A stretch of DNA of 64,000 nucleotides from Phoronis australis (Eukaryota; Animalia; Phoronida). Made by a program: the position numbers and the translations under genes. The DNA lies in assembly GCA_002633005.1 (NCBI GenBank), contig NMRA01000874.1:47913-111912 (forward strand), written 5' to 3'. The notes beneath the pieces are model-generated. The model searched no databases, was not told the DNA's origin, and saw only the letters and a program-made list of their open reading frames with translations. Shown one piece after another: positions 1-25,495 of the stretch (positions are counted from its first letter, which is position 1; each line of letters opens with the position of its first letter).

Positions 1-358
1 TGTAATAGCTATCAGAACTGTTGAAATGGACAACAATGATTGCTCAAGTATACAGGTCTTAAGTATTTATCACAGGGGGGAAGTGTCCTGAGAAACTATT
101 ACGCACCACCCTGCACTCATTGTCGTTAATTTCGGATCTTCTAACCCTTCACCCGTAAACCACTAGCCATAATTTGGAAGCTTATGGTAGCTTCAGTCAG
201 GCGTAAGCATCAGTTTGGCTCACAAACCCACGCCAAATTGAAGTGCGCTTAATCAGTTTGGAGCAGTCATCAGTTTGGGCTGCAACAGAGCCAACTTTGA
301 CAGTTCATCAACGGACAGCCTGCTGCTTGAACAGAGCCCAGTGCAAGTAAATCCCTTT

Positions 359-759
359 AACCATTAGCAATTGTTCTTTCTTCTAATACCATTCACGGTA
401 TCCTGCTCCAGCGAGATTGCAACAAATTCGAGGTCAAAGCAGAAAAATGGTCCCAAAAAGCCCATGCGTACTTCCAACTTCGACGGTTCAAGGTCAAGAA
501 CAGTACGGCATTTGCCGATTTGTCACGGAATGTCACGACATCGATAACTCCACACTTAGCCAGGCAATTTTGTAACATTCCGTGATGAACTGGCAATTGC
601 CGTCCATCCGAAACTCATCGGATAATTCTGTACTGTCCTTGACCTCGAACCATCAAAGTAGGAAGTACGCATGGGCTTTTTGATCTTTGGGAATATTTTT
701 GTGTTTTGGCCGCGAATTTGTTGCAAACTCGCTGGAGCAGGACACAGTTGCTAATGGTT
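359..759. mobile_element. ~400-bp foldback / palindromic MITE-like element
   Basis: Arms are imperfect reverse complements over most of their length, e.g. TCCTGCTCCAGCGAG/CTCGCTGGAGCAGGA and AAAAAGCCCATGCGTACTTCC/GGAAGTACGCATGGGCTTTTT; short central spacer ~541-568. Confidence 0.75.
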
Positions 760-1538
760 TGTTGAAACCTTGTTTTGTGTAAATTTATTAAGTTTTGTGT
801 TTGATAAGGACGGATGAAGTGAAGCACCCGTGGAATTCTTTGTTCCGAGTGTCATACCTTGTAGTACTATTGTAGTGTATTGGGACGATCAGAACTTCAA
901 GCAGAGGACGCCTGTGATTCTATACATTCGATACATTCGGCATTCGATACCCAGACCACACACATAAGCAGAACTATTGAGCTCGACCACGGACAACTAA
1001 GATGTAAGGTAAGACACCTTTTAGGTCTAGGAATCACTACAATTTGACCACCCAAGCCAAGGCACAACACTTCGTTTTCTGTTTGGATTTCAGTGAGTTT
1101 TAATGGCCATAGTTTCAGGATTCGAACTAAAGCGTCTCTTGTGTGAGATGCATTGTTTCTAACCAAGGCAATGAAGTGTGTTACGCTGAAATCAATGAAA
1201 AGATTAACATACCTTTTGTTGTCTGCAAACGGATCTTCTTTCGGGTACTGATTTTTTGTATCTCCACATTAAAAGACTTCTAACGTATGAAAGTATGGAT
1301 TCAGAGAATATTTTTTGAAAATATAAATAATTATTTTGTTCAAAATATAGCTTTTTAAGAGAAATAAGATGACAAAAATTTATCACTCAATTATATTTCT
1401 AATTTTATTTGTCTAAATATTTTCATTTATACAACAAAATGATAATATTGTTGATAATTAGTGTTTTGTCAACAGCTACTGTTCCATTTTCACTGCTGGG
1501 TAGTCGAATGGTTTTGAAGTGAACGGTGTCTTTACAGA

Positions 1539-15974
<14,436 letters not shown>

Positions 15975-16109
15975 GGGCAGTGTAAAGGTCAAGGTCAGTC
16001 TTTAGCCACCACTCTAAATGGTCGTGGGTTGTACAGTATTGTCGCTGTGTACATGTACAGTTTGATGACTTGTAAAACTTTGAATGGCTTTAACAGCACC
16101 TTTAGTTAA

Positions 16110-16644
16110 AGGCACATTTCCTCTCTACCCGTATCCTAAATACAAAAATCATGAGACTGGTCACTTCTTGCGAACTGATCTAAAAACTCTCGGTACCATG
16201 GCACCAATTGATTTCTACCATGGAGACCATTTAATGGCTCACTTGTGACTGATAAGAAGCGGCCCAATTTTGGAAGGGTTGCTGAACGCTGTGCAAACTT
16301 GAGTTATTGTCTTCATGGTAAGGTCAAAGAAAATGACAGCTGATTGATTCTGGTCCGTATTTCTAGAAAATTCATGTGATGGTGCAGTATTTTTAGGTGT
16401 CCATATTTTCAAAAGTGTCACCTGATGCCAGCTGAAATGGGTCAGATCTTTTTTTACTCAACGCCACCTGGTGCCAGGTTCATCAATGTCACATGCAGGT
16501 GCAGGTTTCAAAGCAAATCGTGTGCAGACTGGAATCAACAATACTATTTTCTTACCTTACTTGGCAATGCTCTGCCAGGGCATTCCCGTCCTTCCCCGGT
16601 TCATTATTTTGCATGTAAAGTTTGAGGAGGGAGCAAGTGCCCCT
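16110..16644. mobile_element. Possible Kolobok-like element downstream of the DNM1L stop codon
   Basis: TTAA|AGGCACATTTCCTC ... GAGCAAGTGCCCCT|TTAA; only 10/14 TIR match. Confidence 0.4.
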
Positions 16645-19600
16645 TTAATATCTGATCGATGGATGAATGTAGCCAATTAATATGACGAAAGTAGAATGGC
16701 CGTGATCTGTGGCAATCTGTTGCAATTACTTTATTTTGAAAGAAGCCGTTGTACTCTCCTTTAGTGCTCATTAGATTACACGTGACTGTTTCAACTTGGT
16801 GCAATAACATTATATCGTTCATCACCCTATAGTGTTGATTTAGAGGATAGTGATAGCTTAGAGAATCTAGAATAGTCGAAATAATAACAATTTAAAATGA
16901 AACCTTTTCACCACGTCAGTCTCCATGGTCTTTATTTGTCCGAGTGCCTGTGCCTTCTGAGAGGGGAATATTTCGGGGTGAGGGGAACATTCTACCTCCC
17001 GATCACCATCAATAGCACCCCCACCCTGTTGCAAGTCCTCTAGTAACCAAAACTAACATTTTGTGCTCTTTCAAATTGTAACCCTTGTGAGTTACAAGTG
17101 ATTCAAACCTCGATGGGAGTTTTTCAACAAATAGTGAATTTTTGGGCACCATGATGGGAATTTTGTGTGATTTTTCATTAGTTTTAAGAGGAGAATGGGG
17201 CCCAAAATCGAGGAATTGAGGACCCTGTTTTCCATATTTCTTGTTTTGTAAAACATGTCGATGTACTATTCTAAATTCTAGTGATGCTAGTCTTAATATG
17301 TCGAGTATATAAACATTAATACTCAGATTCACCCACAAGGAGTTAAAAATACTTGCAAGCCATATCTCTAGTAGTCCTTAAAAATACTTGCAAGCCATAT
17401 CTCTAGTAGTCCTTAAGTATGTAATTGAAGGGACATCAGTTTTAAAAGAAGTAGTGAAATATTGTCAAATTCATCTGAATTAAGGCCAAAATCGTGAAGG
17501 AAATTCTTAGAAACTGAGCCATGGATTAACGAAGGATTCTTGTGCTCCGTAACAAAACCAATATTTGATGAGAAGAGATTTCATCTTGTTGCAGACTTGT
17601 GTAGATTGTCGTTGGTGTTTGTTACTCCAAAATGATTTGTGTGTTGTGATGTTAGTGAAGGATGTGCTGGTATGCTATTGGCTCATGTTTATTGACAGTG
17701 CTAGATTCAGGTGCATTGCTTCAGGTGTGTCAAGGGGGAGAAGGTCCATTACTCTCCCAATCACCTGGTTGCTATAACACCAGGGCTGAGTAGCGTAGTT
17801 GCAAGAAACTTGCAAGTAAAGCTAGTGTGATCATGTGATTCGCTGTTGTGCATGGTGATATCTTGCAAAGGCTTGCCTGATCTTGTGTTTTCGTGAGTAT
17901 ATTGCGTCTACGAAATGGGAACCAGATCTGTGTCCGCGAGTCAAGGTCACTCTAATAACGCGCTCAGCCTGCCCAGTGTGTTGTGAGTTTGTTGAGATCT
18001 CACGAGATCCGTATTAAATCCCCATGCAGCACTAACTAGGTCAAGCACAAGTTTGAAACTTTACAGTTAACTGTTGTGAAGCCTCGTGTTGAAGCTGTTC
18101 GAGGACCCGCTTCCATCTCGGGTATTAGTTTGCATAATTAGGACGGTAACTCACCATGTTAATAAACAAAAACCCTCCTAAATATGAACCAAAGATGGCG
18201 CTCGATGCGCCTTTAAGTGTTGTTGAAGATTGGAGGTGTGTTTAATTTGGCTATTATCTTGTGAGTGTTGAGAGATCACACAAGACTTCACGAGATGTCA
18301 CCATGTATAGCAAACCAACCACGTGATCTTGTTAGGGTCAACTCCTGAAAATTAGACCTCGTTCCCCCAGGCAGGTATTTGGGATGTGAGCAGTCTGTCT
18401 CGCGATCTACACAGTCCAGGGGTCTACTCTTGAATCCGATCTGTTGTATCTTGTCTTATTGAGTTCCCCCCTCTCCCTCAGCAGACATGTACCATGTCGC
18501 CTGCTGAGATTCAGCTGTATTCTTGTGATGCATTATCTCCCCTGAACTAGGCACCTGGCTCTGGTAGTGTTTATCATATGGGCTGTGTTTACTTTTCAAT
18601 TTGTATTTTTTTTACCTTGTTTTAAATCTGTTGTGAAATCTAGTTACACTGTACCATAATGTAATATGACTCTTCTGTCTAATCTCCTGTCTTTATAGCT
18701 GCTGTATATTAGTTCATTATGACACTAGTATAAATTTACAATTGTGTGTTTTTGTGTATTTGCTGAACTTCAGAGACCAACAAGCCCAAAAAATAATGTT
18801 CAACTGAGAACCTCTGGTATATGTAGTCCTTTTCTGTATGTAAATAGTTTATTGGATAAAATTTAAAATAATAAATTATTAATGGACCAGTGGAGAGAAT
18901 TTGTTCTCCTTTTATATGTTCAAATCTGGTTATATTAATTTGGTACACATCAAGTTAGCCCTGGGCTGCTACAGCTCCTGACTTGCTGGAGACACACAAC
19001 TTGAGTGTGTAGGATATATGTATTTCAACTTCATGCTATGTTCTTTTGTTGTATTCAACGTTACTAGTGATGTCAAAGAAGTGCCTACTGAACTTTACAC
19101 CAAGAGCCTCGAATTCAGGCGCAAAACAGTATATCCTACATGCGCGAACCCAGCCTAAAAAGTAGGGGGTTGCTCAAATTTTTGAGAATGTGGACTTTTT
19201 ACAAAAAAGGTACGTTCCGGCTATGCATTCCTCGAATTCCTGCCTTTTTAGTGGACCCTGTTTGTCTCGCTTTCCCCTTTTTCAGACTTTTTGTTTCTCT
19301 CAGGAGGACCATTTTTGCCTACTTCACCAAATTGGGAAGGGGGTCGTTCGAGCTCCTCGAGCCCCTGCCCCCCTGGGTGGGCGCATCTTCAGCAACGGCC
19401 GGTCGTGCTGTGTGCCGGGCCATGGCCATGTGACTGCAAGGCCGAGCCCTGCCGTATTGTGTACCGGGTCCTATGACTGTAAGGCCGGACCCGACCGTTT
19501 GGTGTACCGCGCCCTGTAACAGCAAGGCCGGGAACGATCGCGTTATGTGACCCATTGTGTGGCATAACTGACGATCCCTTGGCAAGCGTAAAAAATCCAC

Positions 19601-20780
19601 GTCTGCATCCATGAATGCACAACAAAAGTTGCTTGCACCCATCCACTGTTACGAAGAATTTCCTTGATAATTTGCCGTAGGCCTACAAGCAAATCTCGGC
19701 TGGCCTGACTTCAAATCTATAGTCCACTCACTCACGTGATGTCGCGTGCGCTCACCAACTTCTCGTGCTTCAGGGCATGCTCATTAGAAATGTAAAAGGA
19801 GTATTTGGAAACCCATGTACATGTCTGCAGCAGTTTGGAAGCCCCCTTATTAAGCTCGCTTGAAGTTAGTCGCTTACAATCGAAGCGCAGTGAGAGGTTT
19901 ATTCGTTGCACAATCCGTTTACGTAACTGAAACTTAAAATGAATATCTTCCCTTTTGGAAAATGGGTGCCAACTGTGCAACCTTGATTCTTCCGTGGTCT
20001 ACTGGTTGAACACGTCTCTTAAAATGTTGACAGTGTGAGTTACATGGTGACGGGTGTTTTACGCTTAAAAGGACATTATTGCATTTTGGGAATTATGTTT
20101 GGATGAGATAGACTTTTGGAAGTAGCGTTTGACCAGGGCTATAAGACAACAAAGTCCATTGTGCTTTTTTATTTTGTTACACATCGGTTATCGTTGTCTT
20201 CTAGACAATTGCTAAAATATAGGCAGGCCAATGTAACAGATACACTGTAAATACGCTTTGAAATACTTCTATCTATCGAATGTTGTATACCTCCGCCAGC
20301 TGAGAGTTGGGCTGCGGCGGCGCTGAGGCTGATCTTAGAGACTCTGTTTCATCTCACCGATAATCTCCCCTAGTAAATTCCGTGTCAATTACCAACGTCA
20401 ACAATAGATCTTGCATATTCATATATGTATATATATATATATATTTTAATAAAATATGCTTGATATGGACAATTTAAAATACAATGGAAGTTCAACGACC
20501 CGTGTACCGTGTGAAGAATGGGACGCTAAGAAGTCGAATGATAAATACAGGTATGTCATTAACACATTGGCTACATTTTTGATGACAAAAGGCGAATGTG
20601 TAGAACTCCGAATAAGCGAACAAAGACGATCGTGTTACAGATGTTCAAGTCTAGTAATCACAAACGCCGTTTCGGAAGTTCCTGGAAATGGCCACGATTG
20701 AGTTATTTGGTACATCTTCCTAACATCGCATGACTAGAAAGGAAAAAGACTTTCACACATAAATTATCTCCATGCCTTCA

Positions 20781-22196
20781 CTATAATGAGGTGGCTGAAG
20801 CCTCTTTCAGCGCCTGCACTAGACACATGTGTATAGCGTGCAAGTATTTCACAGCGTTCTCCGTCGACGTCACGCTCGTGCTGTACGACAGGTTCCATCG
20901 TAGCTGTCCGTGAAACGTAGTAACGTTATGCAAGAACACCGGACCGAGAACGTGCACACCCGTGGCCACAAGCAAGTCGACCACTTCGAAATTTTCTGTT
21001 TTAATATCGCCAAACATATGGTCGAAGTTCCCCAGGTTCGTCAGAGTGAAATGTTTGTCGTCTCTGCCTCCATTTGTCCGAGAAACTTGCTCCATCTTTT
21101 TCAAGAAAGCCGTCCGCGAGTATAGTTTATTTGCGATTCGAATCGGTTTCATGTAGTCTTTTAAGTATATCGCTCGTTGGATCACCTTGTTTGCTTTCTT
21201 TGCATAGCCCCAGAACGTCGTGGACGAGTCGGATTTGATGCGCAGAGCCGTTTCTATGGTGCTGACGAGGTAGGCCATATGGTGTGCCGGCACCATAGGT
21301 TCAATGTTTCGTCGCATGTCTACTGTGTGTCGCGAGCGAATCTTATGCGATTTTTTTTCGTCCATGATCATGGCGGCGGCCATACTAGCGGCGCTCGTCA
21401 ACGCGCCGTGAACTGTCACTTTTTTGCTTTTACACGCTTTCAGAAGATTTTGTGTGTCGGCCTGGGATAGGGAAAATCGTAGCACTTTTGTTGCCGTTTT
21501 CACATGCGCATCGAGCGTGCATTGGGCGGGATATCTCTTTAAATACTGATTTTTGGCTGGGAACATCATATCACCTGCAATTGACATTAAGCTCGGTATG
21601 TCGAGACAAGTGAAATTGACGTCACTGTCTGACATAATATTCTCCATCGCAGGCATTAAAGGGAAGCTTTGACTTAGAATGCCATCTGGCGACTCGTTTG
21701 TCATGTATTTGTCTAATATCTCCGCAAACTGGCTCATGAGACTCGCAGTACCAATGCCGTCCGACATAGAATGATGCAAGACGAAAACGATAGCATGCCT
21801 CTCTTTGGAACCATGTGTGTTCTCCATGGGAACCGTCCTCACGCGCCACAGCGGTCCACGTTCTGTGTCAATCAGTTCAGTCAACATTCTCTCGTAAACA
21901 GACTCCCAACTTGAACCGGCTTCCGTCATTTCGAAGTCCAGCGTGGCGTGTTCCATGGGTTCAAATCGTCGTTGGCCGTTTTGAGTCCTGATGAACGATC
22001 TTAACAAAGGATGTCGCTGTTGTAAAATAGACAATGTGGCCTCCAACGCGTCGCGTGTTAGCGTTTTCTTCATGTCCAAAAATAATACCACAGAGAACAA
22101 ATAAGCCCCAATCCCGTTCAACGCGTCGATGATGTCCTCGGACACCCCCAAGTCTCGCACCAACTGGTCATTCGCTGTCTTGCTGACTACCGACAT
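20781..22196 (-). CDS. Stand-alone condensation-domain / alcohol O-acyltransferase-like (CoA-dependent acyltransferase fold, PapA5/AATase-like) protein, 471 aa, single coding exon
   Basis: Uninterrupted ORF with in-frame TGA three codons upstream of the ATG; motifs QRHPLLR, GPLWRV, catalytic HHSMSDG (HHxxxDG), TVHGAL, VDMRR, FWGYAK, LTNLG. Confidence 0.88.
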   Translation of the reverse strand: MSVVSKTANDQLVRDLGVSEDIIDALNGIGAYLFSVVLFLDMKKTLTRDALEATLSILQQRHPLLRSFIRTQNGQRRFEPMEHATLDFEMTEAGSSWESVYERMLTELIDTERGPLWRVRTVPMENTHGSKERHAIVFVLHHSMSDGIGTASLMSQFAEILDKYMTNESPDGILSQSFPLMPAMENIMSDSDVNFTCLDIPSLMSIAGDMMFPAKNQYLKRYPAQCTLDAHVKTATKVLRFSLSQADTQNLLKACKSKKVTVHGALTSAASMAAAMIMDEKKSHKIRSRHTVDMRRNIEPMVPAHHMAYLVSTIETALRIKSDSSTTFWGYAKKANKVIQRAIYLKDYMKPIRIANKLYSRTAFLKKMEQVSRTNGGRDDKHFTLTNLGNFDHMFGDIKTENFEVVDLLVATGVHVLGPVFLHNVTTFHGQLRWNLSYSTSVTSTENAVKYLHAIHMCLVQALKEASATSL

Positions 22197-25100
22197 CTTA
22201 ATTCACGATGAATGATTCGGAGTCTCCTTCAGTTGCTAGCTTTATGGAATAAATTCTGAAAAATACGATCCATTTTATAAACAATAACATAATTGAAGTA
22301 ATATGAAAGGTCGAGATTGGATATCGCAGCAAAATAAAATACAACGTAAATTTAAAACACTTCTTTTTCTTCCAATTTCACAAATTCAAATAAAAATTAA
22401 TTCCCATTTCTAATTTCCCTCCGTATAATATTGCTGAAGAGTAAAGATCCTCTTTTGCGTGTTAATTTGGCTCTAAGCAAATTTAAATTGCCTCTTTAAT
22501 TTGCTCATTGTCTCTTTGAGTAACTTATCGTCTCTAATTTACACACTGTCTCTTTAATTTGCTCATCAAAGTACAGAAATATTTAATGACTGCTGACAAT
22601 TTTTCCTTTTTCCCCTTAAAGTTTAAGTTAAACTGGTCATATATCGTTGTTTCATGTCAGAACGAGTTTTTATACTCCGTAATAAATTATGACACAAACC
22701 ATTTTATCAAGTGGATTTAACTTTCTGTTTTGTGTGAATGTAGTTTATAGTTATTGCAACAAACTGTCATAAGAGCTAAGCTTTTGTCTGTACATCTTCA
22801 TGAAGATAATTTTTTTCATATTTGGTAAATTTTGCACTCCGTGCAACAGATCTAAGTAAGTTATTAAATTAAAAAACATTCACGCTTTCACTCAGGGGTA
22901 CTAGCCACTCTTTTTACGCAGGGTCAATTTAACGTACCTAACCTTGTCTAAAAGCATAATTAAATTTGAAAAACGGCTTTTGATGGAGGATTTTTTTACT
23001 CTGGGCTTATCAATAAAGTCAAGGCCGTATGTTGCGATAGCCCAGCAGCCATGCGATTTGTTGCGCGGCAGCTTAGAGGCTCATGTAAACTTTCTGCGAT
23101 TTACAGTGACCAGTTGCATAAAACTGTCCCAAATTAGGGTGTAACGATGCTTCCTAAGCCTTTTACCGCATTTATAAGCTTGTGAAAACTGTCCTTTCTT
23201 GTGCTATGAACTTTACGTTGAATTCTTAATATTATTGAAAATCAATAGGGGCCTTTTCAAGCAACGATCCTATTTAAGGACTAAGTCCCTATTTTATTTA
23301 TTTTCAATGAAATAATTAAGGGTTCAGTTTTTTACGAATTATTAGAAAATGAGAATGGGTTAAAGAGGAGTTAGTAATACAGATAAAATTACGAAAAACA
23401 GCATTTGTGAGCCAACAAAGCCATAAAGGAGCAGACGATTTAGGGAACTTGGGGGAATCCCTTACTTGGAATGTTTCATGCAACTGGGCACGTAGTGGTT
23501 CGATGACATTGGTTATGTTGGCGATTTACTGCAATGCGACAATAATTGATTTTTAGTCGGTAACATCTCAGGGAATCGTAATGAAAAATGGACTCGTGAA
23601 GCCCACTTTATAAAGTTTAGAGTACTGGTGTAAGCTTTCCTTACTGAAGGATCAAGATTATTAGCAAATGTCTCCACGGGCACTATTTCTTAACAGTCTC
23701 CTATGCACAAAATACGATTTTCCTGAAGAGCGCCCGATCTTAAGTTGCTGGTAAGACCATACCATTGCGCCTTAGTGATGTAAACGAAAAGATGTAAAAC
23801 TACCACAACAGGTCGCGTTTCGTAATTTACACTGCCAAGGCATTTACAACGGAACCAATCTGGCGAAAATTCCCTAAGGTCTGTTGACTGTGAGTTAACC
23901 TCTGTCAGTCCGCATTCATTATTTCCCTGTGAGCTAAATTTGGGTTAATGAACGTCAAAAACTGAGCTGACAAGAGAACACTGGCAACATCTCGGATATG
24001 GGATTCTCCAAGCCAGTTACGCACGTGCCGATGGGGGGCTTCCGCTGACCACACTTCTGGTTTCAATTTATGTTAGTTTAAGCTTCAATTGAATTACACC
24101 TATTGAAAAAACGAGGTGAGGGGACATGGTTTTGACCACGTGTTTCCCACAGAACACTGCTCTCAACGTTACGAAGTGTTGTAATCGACACCCACTTCAG
24201 ACTTGTTTCGAGCTAGGTACGGGACCGTGTTACCCCTTGGCCTGAGTTGTCCTCCTGGCTCTTTTAGGCCGGGTGGCACCATGGCCGTGGGTTGGCTCAC
24301 TGGGCACGAGGTGGCCCCCTTGGCTCTGGAGTCATTGGAACCGTAATTTATCCCTTCCCCTCCGCCCTAACTTGCGCTGCCGGATGTCATCGACACATAC
24401 GTGGCGTTATGGAGGGCGTTCTTGCGGCCCGATTAACGAATACAACATTGATCTCTGTCAAACACAAGAGGTCACTTCGTGCCCAACCACTAGAGAGGCA
24501 ACTCGTGCTGACCTTAATACCTTACTCAATTTAATGCACAGTCACATCCAAGTGTTCCAAAGCGTTCATTTTGTAAGACAATGATAAAAAACAATCGCCG
24601 CATTTACTTGAAAGTATTCCGTATTTTCCGTAATTTAGCAAATAAAACGAACAGTCGAATGGTAGATGGCCAGGGAGGGACGAGTTGACTTGGGCATGCA
24701 TTGACTGGAAAGTCTGTCAAATTTAGTTGTAGATATATTTTGACAACCCGCTTAAGTTTATTGTAATCACATTTCACAGGTGAGGAGTCGGGTGTATCCG
24801 TTAGCGTCTTCAAAGAAATTGTGACTGTGTTTGAAAATCTTTAACCCGGAAAGACGTACAGACTTCAAGAGTGTGCGCAAAGCCGACAAACACCGACTCG
24901 ATTCAGATGACTCCATAGCCAAAGCCTGGTCTCGGTGACTGATAGGGCTTTTCCAGTATCCAATTTGATCTGTATGTTCAATATCATCCCCTCCTGGTAG
25001 AGTGCAGCAGGCCTATTTCCGTACCGATTAATTTCTCTCTCAAGTGTGAGACGTATTAGCTGTGCCGCCCGCGGTTGACTTGACCATTTATTTGTTATTT

Positions 25101-25337
25101 TAACTTTTCTATTTTGTCAGGTAAATGCTGCAACCGTGTCACTGTGGAAACTACATTTCTAAAATAATCAATACAGCCGCGAAGGAGAGCAAAAGTGAAA
25201 ACTATACTCGTAAAACATCACTCTGAATCAACGAGAAATTGTGAACAAGGACGACTGAGGAGTGAAATGAGGCCGCACTAGACCATGTATCTATTAAACA
25301 ATGTATCGCTTGGGAAAATTAATAAATGGTTCCTTAC

Positions 25338-25495
25338 CTGGAGCAATCAGTTGCTGTCTTTTTAGGAGTCGACTGAAAGAGTTTTGATACATAAGCTGCT
25401 GATTCATTTGCAGTCGCGTGCTGGACTGTCGCTTGTACATGTATTTATACCCCACCAGCCGGGCCGACGGGCTCACGTCGAGTCGCTCTTATTGG
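25338..25495 (-). promoter_or_regulatory. Putative promoter and non-coding first exon of the acyltransferase-like gene
   Basis: On the - strand: CCAAT (25495-25491), TATAAATA (25449-25442), then strong donor CCAG|GTAAGG at 25338; matching acceptor tttttcag| at 22256/22255, 59 nt before the ATG. Confidence 0.55.

Noticed and set aside
897-1386. Possible divergent gene upstream of DNM1L (a minus-strand donor-like AG|GTATGT lies near 1210)
   Set aside because: No recognisable protein motif and no consistent multi-exon chain could be built.
20781-22196. Bacterial contamination or a full NRPS cluster
   Set aside because: Flanked by animal repeats and a splice acceptor, with no operon neighbours and no adenylation or thiolation domains in the window.
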